A stretch of DNA of 64,000 bases from an uncultured Spirochaetota bacterium (GTDB taxonomy: Bacteria > Spirochaetota > Brevinematia > Brevinematales > JAOACQ01): positions 608,001-672,000 of the forward strand of contig CAWAOD010000009.1 in NCBI GenBank assembly GCA_963783575.1, written 5' to 3'. The translations under genes and the position numbers were made by a program. Under the pieces are notes generated by a model, which made no database searches, had not been told where the DNA came from, and saw only the letters and a list, made by a program, of their open reading frames with translations. Position 1 is the first letter of the stretch. Each line of letters starts with the position of its first letter. This document shows positions 10,355 through 20,757 of the stretch, one piece after another.

Positions 10355-10780
10355 CTAGGGTAAAGGATCAATGCACAGGTCAGTTTTCTCATCCACCGGA
10401 TAGTATTCTTTTGATTTTGGATGGCATCTCTGAAGTCTGTCGGATGACATCAAGATTCCCCTCAAAAGTCCGAATTTTTTTATGGCCTGTTCGCTATAAT
10501 GGGAACAACTTAGCTGAAACTGACAGGAGGGTTTATCCTGTGATGAAATACATGCCTGATATAGATGAATCGCCATTATGGATACCAATTCCCAGTCATT
10601 ACTTGTACGTGGAATAATGGAAGATTGCCGTTCATCATGATTCAGGTTTTCATTTCCGTAACTATCAATTATAAACCTTTTTTCCTGAAAATCATTGTTT
10701 AACTGCTCTCCAAATGCACTGCTAATAAAATAACCGGTTAAGATCAAGAAATAAATAAATCCGATAATCAATTTTACCAT
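10355..10780 (-). CDS. yidD: YidD-family membrane protein insertion efficiency factor with N-terminal extension
   Basis: LYQACIS...CQFQLSCSHYSEQAIKKFGLLRG...DRLQRCHP three-Cys signature. Confidence 0.75.
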   Translation of the reverse strand: MVKLIIGFIYFLILTGYFISSAFGEQLNNDFQEKRFIIDSYGNENLNHDERQSSIIPRTSNDWELVSIMAIHLYQACISSQDKPSCQFQLSCSHYSEQAIKKFGLLRGILMSSDRLQRCHPKSKEYYPVDEKTDLCIDPLP

Positions 10781-11475
10781 AAGACATCCTGAAACGAAGC
10801 TTTTGATGGGATTTTCGCAGCATCAGCAATTTCAGGGAAAATAGAATTTTGAATTATGTTGGAATAATGGATTTCCTGCCTGATAAAATTCGTCCCCATA
10901 TGCGATTCAATTATAATTATTTTTGGGAAACGGTAGTTTTTATTAAGAACAGTGTATTCATCAAAATATGTCGCAAGCATTTCATTTTTTTTCTTATCGA
11001 AGATCCTGTAAAGAATGATATTTTTATTGCTGGTTGTAAGCTCTGCTTTCAGGATGGTATTCTTAAATTGTGCGGGAGGGTCCCAGTCCGTAATAAGAAC
11101 TTTGTTAGACAACAAGCTCTCCTTTAGTACAAAACCAGAAGCCGATAAGCCAAGGTCGCTTTTTGTCAAACTATCAAGTTGAAACTGCATCGCTTTCGCA
11201 CTATTTTTTTTATTAATCATTCTTAGGACTTTATTTTCATCGGGGTAATATATTAAATTTGTCAAACCCTCATAATAAATCCATTGATTTATTGGTTTCA
11301 AGACCTGCATTACAAAATATTCTGTTCCGGAAATGTATATTTTTCCTTCAACTATGTCAATTGAATTATTGATTATCTTTTTCTGAACGAAATCCATCTG
11401 GATATTTCCCGAAAAAGAAAAACATTTTACTGAAAACATAATTATTAATACAATAAACTGATATAGTCTTATCAT
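10774..11475 (-). CDS. LolA-like lipoprotein carrier/sorting-fold protein
   Basis: Signal peptide and FVQK...EGKIYI...KPINQWIYY...YYPDENKV pattern. Overlaps yidD. Confidence 0.5.
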   Translation of the reverse strand: MIRLYQFIVLIIMFSVKCFSFSGNIQMDFVQKKIINNSIDIVEGKIYISGTEYFVMQVLKPINQWIYYEGLTNLIYYPDENKVLRMINKKNSAKAMQFQLDSLTKSDLGLSASGFVLKESLLSNKVLITDWDPPAQFKNTILKAELTTSNKNIILYRIFDKKKNEMLATYFDEYTVLNKNYRFPKIIIIESHMGTNFIRQEIHYSNIIQNSIFPEIADAAKIPSKASFQDVLW

Positions 11476-11540
11476 AAAAGAACCTCATTTAAATAATTAT
11501 AATACAGAAATGAATTATACTCAAAGAGAAGTATTAAATC

Positions 11541-12170
11541 TTAATTATTGCTAATATTTACTGCGATAATACCAAGTTTTTCAATCAAAACTGACATTTC
11601 CAGGAACCATAATTTATTTTCAGGAATCTCGGGAACCTCTGGATATAAATATTTTACTATATTAATTTTTAATTCCTGTTTCAAATCATTGTTTTGAGGA
11701 AGAAAGAAAAAAGTCAGGATTTCCTTATGTTCTTCTCCTATCCCTAAAAACAGAAAGCATAGATCCTTCAGCCATAAATAATTGATAATTTTTCCCATAA
11801 ACCGGCCTGTATCATAGAAATCAACAGTTTTTCTACCTATTAAAGGATTTATAATGCCGAATAAAAATAATAATTTATCGGAAGTTTTTTTAAATAAATA
11901 ATCAACTGGTTCTCTATTTAGCGGATGCTCTAATTCAATCGATTTATAAGCAAGATATTCGGAAATTCTAATAAAAATCTTATTTTGGCTGTAATTTGCA
12001 ATAATTTGATCAACCAATTGTTTCCGGACTAATTGCTTATTATCATCGGATAAATTATTAATAATTTTGGCTTCTTCAGGAAAAGCCGGAGAATAATTAA
12101 TTGTTAATTGAAATATTTGAATGAAAATAACAAATATAAGACATTTTTTAACAAACTTGCAATTTTTCAT
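11541..12170 (-). CDS. Hypothetical exported protein
   Basis: 209-aa ORF with ATGA overlap with the ddl stop. Confidence 0.5.
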   Translation of the reverse strand: MKNCKFVKKCLIFVIFIQIFQLTINYSPAFPEEAKIINNLSDDNKQLVRKQLVDQIIANYSQNKIFIRISEYLAYKSIELEHPLNREPVDYLFKKTSDKLLFLFGIINPLIGRKTVDFYDTGRFMGKIINYLWLKDLCFLFLGIGEEHKEILTFFFLPQNNDLKQELKINIVKYLYPEVPEIPENKLWFLEMSVLIEKLGIIAVNISNN

Positions 12171-13270
12171 ATTACAGTAGTTTTAAGTTTTTTTCTATTT
12201 TCAAAATCTTCAATAGCAAGTGTAATCAAGCGGTCCACCAGTTCCATATAACCGATCCCGCTGTATTCCCAAAGTTTTGGATACATACTTATCTTTGTAA
12301 ATCCCGGAATGGTGTTGATTTCATTAACATAGATACAGCCGTTATCTGAAAGAAACATGTCCACGTGGCCCATGCCGGTACAGGATAAAACCTGAATGTT
12401 TTAACTGCCAGTTCCTGTATTTTTTTAACTATCTCTCGGGACAAATCAGCCGGTATTTTTAATACTGCACCGTCTTCATCTATGTACTTTGCTTCATAAG
12501 AATAAAATCCACCTTTGGGAACGATCTCTCCGGGAACAGAGGCCAGGAGGATATCATTGCCAAGGACGGCGCATTCGATTTCACGTCCGGAAATGCATTC
12601 TTCCACAATTACTTTCAAATCATACTCAAAGGCTTCTTCCAGGGCTTTTTTATATTCACCTTCATCAGTAACCCTGCTTATGCCGACTGACGAGCCGAGG
12701 TTTGCAGGTTTGATGAAAAGCGGAAGTCCCAGTTTTTCCTTTATTGTTTTAAAATTAATTTGATCCCTGTTTATCCGGTTAATAACAAAAAAATCGGCAA
12801 TCGGGATTCCGGCGTCTCTAAGAAGGCGTTTCATTATGTCTTTATCCATACCTACGGCGGAACCGGCAATTCCCGCACCGACACAGGGCAGATCGGCAAG
12901 CTTTGCCAATCCCTGAATAGTTCCATCCTCCCCGTATGGGCCATGAAGCACCGGAAAAATAACATCAATGTCGCTTACCGGATTATTATCATTGTTAAGC
13001 CGGATAAGCTTGCGGTTTACGCCATTTGGCGTCAATACGATTTCCATTTGAGAAGCTTTAAGCTGAATAAGCCTGGGATCATCTGTATTAAGCAAATTCA
13101 TGGGAATTTTCATTCAGGAACCATCTGCCTTCACGGTTTATGCCTATAAGAACAGGCTCATATTTTTCTTTATCCAGTGATGCTATTACATTTTTTGCGG
13201 ACTGCAAAGAGACCTCATGTTCTGCCGATCTTCCGCCGAAAATAACCGCCACTTTTAACTTCTTTTTCAT
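12167..13270 (-). pseudogene. ddl: D-alanine--D-alanine ligase split by two frameshifts (~13100, ~12390)
   Basis: [36 protein letters not shown] and NEINTIPGFT motifs spread over three frames. Confidence 0.9.
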
Positions 13271-13306
13271 ACTTGAACCCCTGATTAAGACTGATAATAA
13301 ATTTTA

Positions 13307-14302
13307 TCAATGAATAAAATAACGTACAAGATAATAAATTAAAGCAGACATTAAGGACGAGCAGGGTATAGTAAGTATCCAGGCCCATCCGATCTGTCTG
13401 GCTACTTTCCAGCGAACCGCAGTAAAACGTTTTAATGTCCCGATACCCATAATAGAACCGGTGATAGTTTGCGTTGTGCTCACTGGAATTCCGGAGACGG
13501 TTGAAATAAAAATGGTTATCGCAGCACCCATTTCAGCACAGAAACCGTCTATAGGATGAAGTTTTGCAACTTTTTGCCCCACTGTTTTAATTATACGCCA
13601 TCCACCGAACAATGTTCCCAAACCCATCGATATATAACATGCAATTATGACCCAGAGTGGTATGTAAAAATTCTTTCCCAGCATTCCGGCGCTGAAAAGG
13701 AGGCTCGCGATAATACCCATGGTTTTTTGAGCGTCATTACCCCCATGATTTATACTGAAAAAAGCCGCGGAAATTAGCTGCCCGTATCTAAAGAAATTAT
13801 CTACCTGAGCCGGAGATTTCTTCCTGAATAACCAGTAAACGGCCCAGCCGATCGTTAATCCAAGAAAAAGACCAAGAATAGGTGATATAACAAGAAAGAT
13901 TACGGTTTTAATTATTCCATTCCAGACAAGAATATGAGTACTACCGGATTTTATCAACGCCGAACCGATCAATCCACCCATTAAGGCATGAGATGAGCTT
14001 GAAGGAATTCCGAAATACCATGTAACAAGGTTCCATATTATCGCGCCAAGCAGGGTTGCAAAAATAATACCGGAATCTATAACAGAAAGATCTACTATGC
14101 CTTTTCCGATTGTTCCTGCTACATGCACTCCGAAAAAGAGAATTGCTATAGTATTAAATACAGCCGCCCATAACAAAGCATATTTTGGAGAAAGTACTTT
14201 TGTTGATACAATAGTTGCGATTGAGTTTGCGGAATCATGGAATCCGTTAATAAAATCAAATGAAAGCGCCAATAAAATAAGAAAAGCGATGAAAAATTCC
14301 AT
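13307..14302 (-). CDS. pit: PiT family inorganic phosphate transporter
   Basis: NGFHDSANSIAT and HGGNDAQK signature motifs. Confidence 0.92.
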   Translation of the reverse strand: MEFFIAFLILLALSFDFINGFHDSANSIATIVSTKVLSPKYALLWAAVFNTIAILFFGVHVAGTIGKGIVDLSVIDSGIIFATLLGAIIWNLVTWYFGIPSSSSHALMGGLIGSALIKSGSTHILVWNGIIKTVIFLVISPILGLFLGLTIGWAVYWLFRKKSPAQVDNFFRYGQLISAAFFSINHGGNDAQKTMGIIASLLFSAGMLGKNFYIPLWVIIACYISMGLGTLFGGWRIIKTVGQKVAKLHPIDGFCAEMGAAITIFISTVSGIPVSTTQTITGSIMGIGTLKRFTAVRWKVARQIGWAWILTIPCSSLMSALIYYLVRYFIH

Positions 14303-14304
14303 AT

Positions 14305-14931
14305 TTATCCCTGTTTAACAAGAATCGATTCAATAACATTGGCTACATCCTCACAGATGTCCAGGACTGTCTCAGCTCCCTCATAAATTTCCTTCCATTT
14401 GATAAAAAAGATCGGATCGGGATTTGTATCAAGAAGTTTACCTACCAGAGCATCTTTTAATTGATCACCCAGATTTTCAAGTTTATGGACTTCAATATAG
14501 TTTTCAGTTATTGGCCGTGTCATTTTAGATTTTCTAAGGCCATGCAACGCTTTTGCAAGAGCCGTTACGGATTGCTCGATATAATCGGTGAATATTATGA
14601 GATCACTATCAATTTCTTTAATTTTGTAAATCTTTATCCGATTTGTAATGGAATAAAGCATATCCGCGATATTATCCAATTCCTGAGCCAGTTCATGAAT
14701 ATCCTCCCGGTCAAAAGGAGTGATAAAAGTACGGTTTAAAAGTTCAATAATATCGTGTGTATTAGTGTCACATTCATGTTCAAATTCATGCATCTTCAAA
14801 ACTATAACTTCATCAAAGACACCGCCTTTCACGATTTCTTTAAAATATTTCGAAGCTTCTAAAATACTGTTTGCCTGTTTATCGAATAAATCAAAAAACT
14901 TCTCCTCTTTCGGGAAAAGGCTGAATGCCAT
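14305..14931 (-). CDS. DUF47 (PhoU-like) phosphate transport regulator
   Basis: EHECD...TFITPFDREDI...ENLGD...KWKEIYE motifs, adjacent to pit. Confidence 0.9.
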   Translation of the reverse strand: MAFSLFPKEEKFFDLFDKQANSILEASKYFKEIVKGGVFDEVIVLKMHEFEHECDTNTHDIIELLNRTFITPFDREDIHELAQELDNIADMLYSITNRIKIYKIKEIDSDLIIFTDYIEQSVTALAKALHGLRKSKMTRPITENYIEVHKLENLGDQLKDALVGKLLDTNPDPIFFIKWKEIYEGAETVLDICEDVANVIESILVKQG

Positions 14932-15247
14932 AGAAAGTCTCCTCAGATATTATCTTATTTATAAATTGTTGCTTCTTAATCAAAAATTAACAATTAAAAG
15001 GGACTGGTTCAGCTCATATTATTACCAGATAATAAATTAAATAAAACAGAGACAATCGAAATTAAGCCGGTTAATATTATAATCCAACCGGTAAATTTAA
15101 TCAAACTGAAGCTGAATCTCTAATAGAATTAATTATAATCCGGAACTTTCAAACAATAACATGTAACTCTAAAAACAATAGCATTATAAATCATGCTATT
15201 TAATAAAACGCGCTTTATAATTATAATCGGCCGATTCTGATATTCCT

Positions 15248-15297
15248 ATCCATACAGATGATTCACATCTGTATGGATGACTCACATCTGTACAGAT
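15248..15297. repeat. Perfect 13-bp inverted repeat overlapping a 17-bp direct repeat, upstream of typA
   Basis: ATCCATACAGATG-attca-CATCTGTATGGAT. GATGAYTCACATCTGTA at 15257 and 15276. Confidence 0.7.
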
Positions 15298-15341
15298 AAT
15301 TAAAAAAACATTTGATTCGGCCAGCTATTCGGGAGTTAAAT

Positions 15342-17159
15342 ATGTATAAAGAAAATTTTAGAAATATTGCCATCATTGCCCATGTTGACCATGGTAAAAC
15401 TACTCTAGTTGATGCTATGCTTCGCCAAAGCGGTATTTTCAATGAACACCAGGAAATTAAAGACCGTGTAATGGATAACCTGGATCTGGAGAGGGAACGC
15501 GGGATTACAATCGTCGCCAAGAATACGGCGGTTTATTATCATGATATTAAAATCAACATTATTGATACTCCAGGCCATGCCGATTTCGGCGGTGAGGTTG
15601 AACGGGGTCTGAACATGGTTGAAGGAGTTCTTTTGCTCGTGGATGCAAGCGAAGGCCCTCTGCCGCAAACACGTTTTGTGCTAAGAAAGGCCCTGGCAAA
15701 AAAACTGCCCGTTATACTTGTTATAAATAAAATAGACCGCAAGGATGCCCGTGCTGCAGAGGTATTAAATGACGTCTATGATCTTTTTATCGAGCTTGGA
15801 GCCAATGAAAAGCAGATTGACTTCCCGGTGATTTATACCGTTGCCCGTGTTGGAGCAGCTTATTATAAAATTGGCGATGAATCAAAGAACCTGATCCCGC
15901 TCTTTGATACAATTCTTAAAGCCATACCAGCTCCCGAAGCTGATGACAATTCTATTCCTCAATTTCTTGTGACAAATCTGGATTATGATTTTTATATAGG
16001 CCAAGTCGCACTGGGCAGGATGTTTAACGGCAAACTTGATGCCGCGACGCCTTACTCGCTGATCAGTCCGGTTAATCCACCTCGTACTGTCCGTCTTACT
16101 TCATTATTCACCTTCCATGGCTTGCAGAAAAAGCAGGTTGAGCAAGCTGAAGCCGGTGATATCGTTGCGATTTCAGGTATTGAGAATATCAATATCGGAG
16201 ATACGATTACTTCCCTGGAAAATCCTAAACCTCTGCCGGGCATCCAGGTGGATGAACCAACGGTTTCAATGATTTTTTATGTAAATTCCAGCCCCTTCGC
16301 CGGGCGTGAAGGAAAATATCTGACAACCAGGCATCTCCGGGCAAGGCTCGAATTGGAGGCCTTACGAAATGTTTCCATCAAGGTATCAGACACAGACCGT
16401 GCTGATGCTTTTAAGGTATCTGGACGCGGCGAGCTTCAACTGGGCATATTAATCGAAACCATGCGGCGTGAGGATTATGAGCTAATGGTTTCCAAACCGA
16501 CAATTATAACTAAAACGATTGACGGAAAACTTTGCGAACCAATGGAACGAGTCTTTTTTGATATTCCCCAGGAATTTGTCGGTGTTATTACAGAAAAGAT
16601 GTCCCAGTGCAAAGGCAAAATGATGAATATGAAATCAAACGGTTCCGGTAGAGTTTCAGTGGAATATCTATGCGCCACCCGCGGGATGATCGGCTTCAGA
16701 AGCCAGTTTTTAACAGACACGCGCGGACTTGGAGTTATGAACACTCTTTTCGAAGGTTATCAGGAATGGGCTGGGAACCTACGCCGGAGAACAAGCGGGG
16801 TTCTGGTTGCCGACCGCATGGGGCAGTCTCATTCTTATGCTCATCTTGCCATGGAAGACAGGGGTGAGTTGTTTATTCAGGTTGGGACTGATGTTTACGA
16901 GGGGATGATTGTAGGAGAATGCAACCGTGACCGCGATATAGATGTGAATATAACCAAGGAAAAGAAACTGACCAATATGCGGAGTTCCACTTCCGATCAG
17001 ACAGTTGTGCTAAAAGTGCCGCGTATTCTATCACTGGATGAGGCAATCGAGTTTATTGAGGATGATGAATTAGTTGAAGTAACTCCGACAGCTTTCCGTA
17101 TGCGTAAAATGGAGCTAAATCAGGATAAACGAGCGGTTCTGGCCAAAACAAGGGAATGA
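15342..17159 (+). CDS. typA: Translational GTPase TypA/BipA
   Basis: [29 protein letters not shown] and KKLTNMRSS motifs. ATG at 15342 follows GGGAG. Confidence 0.95.
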   Translation: MYKENFRNIAIIAHVDHGKTTLVDAMLRQSGIFNEHQEIKDRVMDNLDLERERGITIVAKNTAVYYHDIKINIIDTPGHADFGGEVERGLNMVEGVLLLVDASEGPLPQTRFVLRKALAKKLPVILVINKIDRKDARAAEVLNDVYDLFIELGANEKQIDFPVIYTVARVGAAYYKIGDESKNLIPLFDTILKAIPAPEADDNSIPQFLVTNLDYDFYIGQVALGRMFNGKLDAATPYSLISPVNPPRTVRLTSLFTFHGLQKKQVEQAEAGDIVAISGIENINIGDTITSLENPKPLPGIQVDEPTVSMIFYVNSSPFAGREGKYLTTRHLRARLELEALRNVSIKVSDTDRADAFKVSGRGELQLGILIETMRREDYELMVSKPTIITKTIDGKLCEPMERVFFDIPQEFVGVITEKMSQCKGKMMNMKSNGSGRVSVEYLCATRGMIGFRSQFLTDTRGLGVMNTLFEGYQEWAGNLRRRTSGVLVADRMGQSHSYAHLAMEDRGELFIQVGTDVYEGMIVGECNRDRDIDVNITKEKKLTNMRSSTSDQTVVLKVPRILSLDEAIEFIEDDELVEVTPTAFRMRKMELNQDKRAVLAKTRE

Positions 17160-17174
17160 ATAATTGTTTCATCT

Positions 17175-17203
17175 TTGACAAAAAACCTCAGTTTGTATAA
17201 AAT
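17175..17203 (+). promoter_or_regulatory. sigma70-type promoter of the glycosyltransferase pair
   Basis: TTGACA-17 nt-TAAAAT. Confidence 0.7.
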
Positions 17204-17250
17204 AAAATCGATTATTGAAAAAGTAAATTATCTTTGTTGATTAATATAAC

Positions 17251-17306
17251 GGTCATGGAACCTGCACTAAGCTGTAGCCTAGTGAGTTTGCCGAACTAAA
17301 GGGGCA
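17251..17306 (+). ncRNA. Candidate EAR/epsC-like cis-regulatory RNA
   Basis: Three consecutive hairpins GGT-catgga-ACC, CTGCA-ctaagc-TGTAG and TGCC-gaactaaagg-GGCA in the leader of glycosyltransferase genes. Resembles my recollection of the Bacillus EAR core. Confidence 0.55.
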
Positions 17307-17330
17307 TACGTATCGAAAAGACAATCAGGT

Positions 17331-18155
17331 GTGATTATGAGTGTAAAAGTTTCTGTATTAACTCCGGTGTATAATACCGAGAAATTTGTTGGAGAAGCGA
17401 TTGAAAGTATTTTAAACCAGAGTTATAAAGATTTTGAATATATTATTTGCGACGATTGCTCCACAGATAATACATGGAATATTTTGACAGAATTTTCCAA
17501 AAAAGACACCAGAATAAAAATTGCAAAAAATGAAAAAAATCTAGGAATCGCAGGTAACCGTAATAAACTCATCACGATGGCCAGCGGGGAATATATTGCC
17601 TGGCAGGATGCGGATGATATATCAATGCCTTTTCGGATTGAACATCAACTTAATTTTATGGAATCCCATCTTGAAGTTGGAATTGTAGGCGGCTTTTTAC
17701 AATTTTTTGATGAAAATGGTAATAAGGATATCAGAAAATATTTTCCTGATGATACGTATTTAAGAAAGAATATTTTCAAGTTTTCTCCCGTTGCTCAGCC
17801 GGGATCAATGATCAGAAAGAAGTGCCTGGACGAATCAGGGAATTATGATTTAAGATTTCCACCGGCTGAAGATTTGGACATGTCTTTCCGGATAGGAAGC
17901 AGGTATAAATTCGCAAATCTTCAGGAAATTGTGATCAGGTACAGGGAGCATTTGAATTCCGCTACATACCGGAGGTTAAAAAAAATCGAGTTGTCTACAT
18001 TTGAAATCAGGAATAAATATTCTCACCGCTATGGATACAAAATGTCTGCCATAGACCGAATTTATAATCTGTTTCAGTTTATTTCAATATTTATATTGCC
18101 CCCTCAGCTCAAAATTTATATATTCAACAAATTAAGAAATTCACGGTCATTATAA
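17331..18155 (+). CDS. Glycosyltransferase family 2
   Basis: VSVLTPVYN, DDCSTD, QDADD and AEDLD motifs. Start GTG 17331 or ATG 17337. Confidence 0.9.
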   Translation: MIMSVKVSVLTPVYNTEKFVGEAIESILNQSYKDFEYIICDDCSTDNTWNILTEFSKKDTRIKIAKNEKNLGIAGNRNKLITMASGEYIAWQDADDISMPFRIEHQLNFMESHLEVGIVGGFLQFFDENGNKDIRKYFPDDTYLRKNIFKFSPVAQPGSMIRKKCLDESGNYDLRFPPAEDLDMSFRIGSRYKFANLQEIVIRYREHLNSATYRRLKKIELSTFEIRNKYSHRYGYKMSAIDRIYNLFQFISIFILPPQLKIYIFNKLRNSRSL

Positions 18156-18156
18156 T

Positions 18157-19218
18157 ATGAAAATAGCATATCATATACCATCACTACAAACTATTTATGC
18201 TTCCCGGACTATTTATAACGGCTTTAAAAACGCTTTTCTTGATATGGGGCATGAATTTTATCCATTTACTTCAGATGACCGTTTGGAAGTCTTTTTAGAA
18301 AAATATTCACCCGATTTGTTTTTAACCGCCACTCATTTTTACCATAAAAAATTTCTGAATTTTGATATTCTCTATAATTATAGAAAAAAAGGAATGCTGG
18401 TTTTTGTTAAAATTGATTTCTGGAACTCACCCTTTGATAACACACTAAGAATCAATGAAGCGAAAAGCCTGAAAGATGATAAAGACACTGTCGGTTTGAT
18501 AAAAAAGGGATTATACGGCGACATTTTCTTTCACGTCACAGAAAAAGATGATTACCGGATGGAGGGGTTTGAGAAAGAAACCGGTTACCCTTATCATACA
18601 ATTCCTCTAGCAGCAGATAAATTAGTACTCAAGGAAGGCATTGATGAAAAATATAAGGCTGATATTTCTTTTTTAGGAACTTACCTTCCGCAAAAAAAAG
18701 ATTTTTTTAATAAGTATGTATTCCCTCTGTCTAAAAAATACAAACTGAAATTGTACGGCCAGGACTGGACATTTTTTGACCGTTCCCTGGGTTTTATACA
18801 GAAAATTGGCCAGTACTTTAATATCCCATATTTGAAATCTTTCAGGAAGCCGAAATTTAATCTGGAGGATGAAGCAAAAATATATTGCTCAAGTCTTGTA
18901 TCAATTAATGTCCATGAGGATTACCAGAGGAAATTCGGAGGGGACTGCAATGAGAGGACTTTTAAAATACCATTTTCAGGTGGTTTTGAAATTTGCGATA
19001 ATGTAGCCTGTATTAGGAAATATTTTAAGGAGGATAAAGAAATAATCATAGCCAAAGATGAAAAAGATTGGTTTGAGAAAATAGATTACTATATAAAAAA
19101 TCCCGAAAAACGGGAGCAAATAATTAAAGCTGGAAAAGAGAAAGTGATGAAGGAACACACCTATCATAACCGGGTTGAAAAGATGCTATCATTGTACTAT
19201 CAGTTTAAAAAAGCTTAA
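18157..19218 (+). CDS. CgeB-like glycosyltransferase (GT-B)
   Basis: DISFLGT, NERTFKIP...GGFEICD and EHTYHNRV motifs. Confidence 0.8.
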   Translation: MKIAYHIPSLQTIYASRTIYNGFKNAFLDMGHEFYPFTSDDRLEVFLEKYSPDLFLTATHFYHKKFLNFDILYNYRKKGMLVFVKIDFWNSPFDNTLRINEAKSLKDDKDTVGLIKKGLYGDIFFHVTEKDDYRMEGFEKETGYPYHTIPLAADKLVLKEGIDEKYKADISFLGTYLPQKKDFFNKYVFPLSKKYKLKLYGQDWTFFDRSLGFIQKIGQYFNIPYLKSFRKPKFNLEDEAKIYCSSLVSINVHEDYQRKFGGDCNERTFKIPFSGGFEICDNVACIRKYFKEDKEIIIAKDEKDWFEKIDYYIKNPEKREQIIKAGKEKVMKEHTYHNRVEKMLSLYYQFKKA

Positions 19219-19335
19219 CCTTGCGGCATCGTGCCGCTTAGCGAACTTACGTTCGCCTATGGCTACCGGTAAAAGGGAGATTTCATGGGTTGCTTGGGCA
19301 GCTGGGCAACATCGTATTGCTCGCCGAACAGGCTT
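19213..19335 (+). repeat. GC-rich multi-hairpin, attC-like remnant
   Basis: GCTTAAC (RYYYAAC) overlaps the stop codon. Hairpins GCGGCA-tcg-TGCCGC and GCGAAC-ttac-GTTCGC. Ends CTCGCCGAAC-AGGC without the GTT core. Confidence 0.4.
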
Positions 19336-19464
19336 AAAAGATTTAAAATAACCCTGTTTTCCTGCCCTGTAAAGCTTTAAAATTATAATTTGTGATAATA
19401 TTATTATCTGAAAACAATAAAATCCTTTATAATTAGCAAAACAAAAAAGGGAAAAGAAAAGATT

Positions 19465-20328
19465 ATGGAAAGAATTTATAATAATAATGGTAACTTAAAG
19501 TTTATTCAAAGATATTTCTTTCATTATAACGGTAATTTAGTATCTCTTGATGAAGACATTCTTAAGGAATTTCATAACAATGGTAATTTAATTAGTTTTA
19601 GTGAACATTATATTGAGGCATTTTATCATGCTATAAAAAACATCGATGAAAAAATAGATTTTTTAAGCGTGGCTCTAAAAGAATGCAAAACTGATAGGGA
19701 ATTATATTTTAATATAAGTAAAAGAACCCCAATAATATACAATACTGCTTTAATTAAGCCAGAACCAATTATTATGGATGATTTAGTAATGAAATTTGAT
19801 TTTATGATTAAGTGGATTGAAAATGAATTAGAATATTTAAAAAGTAGTATGAGTTTGAAGCAAAACATGTATAATCAGAATAGAATAATATGGGGCGGAA
19901 TAGACAGGAAAAGCTTAGAAAACTTAATCAATAATTTGCAAGAAAAAGATTTTATTAATGATCGAATTAGTAATCCAAATATTACATTATGTCATTTTGA
20001 AGATTATAACAATAAACCATTTACTGAGAGTATCTCAGAACCAAAGCAAATTATTTGGAGAAAAGACGATACTGATTTGGTATTACTAATAACAGAATTG
20101 ATTGATAAACATTATATTGAAAATGGCTCTGGTTTTGCCGATATCATTCTCAATAATTTTAAACCAAGCCAGGATGAATTTAACAAACATAAGCCATATA
20201 CAATACATGGCTTAAAGACAACTAATGATAATATTAATCAAAGTACAATGACAAAAAAGGCAGGCAGAAGAATGACAAGACACGGTATGGTTATAATTGA
20301 TATAATTAATAATCTTGAATCTATTTAA
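19465..20328 (+). CDS. Hypothetical protein of the element
   Basis: 287-aa ORF preceding the excisionase-like gene. Confidence 0.6.
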   Translation: MERIYNNNGNLKFIQRYFFHYNGNLVSLDEDILKEFHNNGNLISFSEHYIEAFYHAIKNIDEKIDFLSVALKECKTDRELYFNISKRTPIIYNTALIKPEPIIMDDLVMKFDFMIKWIENELEYLKSSMSLKQNMYNQNRIIWGGIDRKSLENLINNLQEKDFINDRISNPNITLCHFEDYNNKPFTESISEPKQIIWRKDDTDLVLLITELIDKHYIENGSGFADIILNNFKPSQDEFNKHKPYTIHGLKTTNDNINQSTMTKKAGRRMTRHGMVIIDIINNLESI

Positions 20329-20457
20329 GAATCATATGTAAACTTTTCAATTATTTTAATATCATTGAATAACATTCATGTATGTTCATGTACCATAATC
20401 GACAAACATCTTGATATATAATATTCTTAATAAGAAAAAAAAGAAAGAAATCTTATT

Positions 20458-20757
20458 ATGGAGAAATATATGCAAGAACAAATCCAAGATCAACTTACTA
20501 GAATTGAAGCAATACTGAAAGACCAAAAAGAAAAGCCTTTATCCTTTCTTGAAGCTTGTAAATATACAGGCTTATCTAAAAGCTATATGTATAAGCTTAC
20601 ATTCAAGGGTGAAATCCCTCATTATAAGCCTAATGGTAAAATGATTTATTTCACTAAACAAGACCTCGACAACTTCCTTTTAAGGAATAGGGTTGAATCA
20701 AATGAAGCCATTGACCAGAAAGCCCTTGATTTTGTAACAAAAAAGGGGGCTTTATGA
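20458..20757 (+). CDS. Excisionase-like helix-turn-helix protein (HTH_17 type)
   Basis: LSFLEACKYTGLSKSYMYKLTFKGEIPHYKPNGKMIYF. Confidence 0.85.
   Translation: MEKYMQEQIQDQLTRIEAILKDQKEKPLSFLEACKYTGLSKSYMYKLTFKGEIPHYKPNGKMIYFTKQDLDNFLLRNRVESNEAIDQKALDFVTKKGAL

Noticed and set aside
14976..14992. TTAATC/TTAACA repeats 11 bp apart as a possible PHO box for DUF47-pit
   Set aside because: Weak match in AT-rich DNA, and orientation is unclear.
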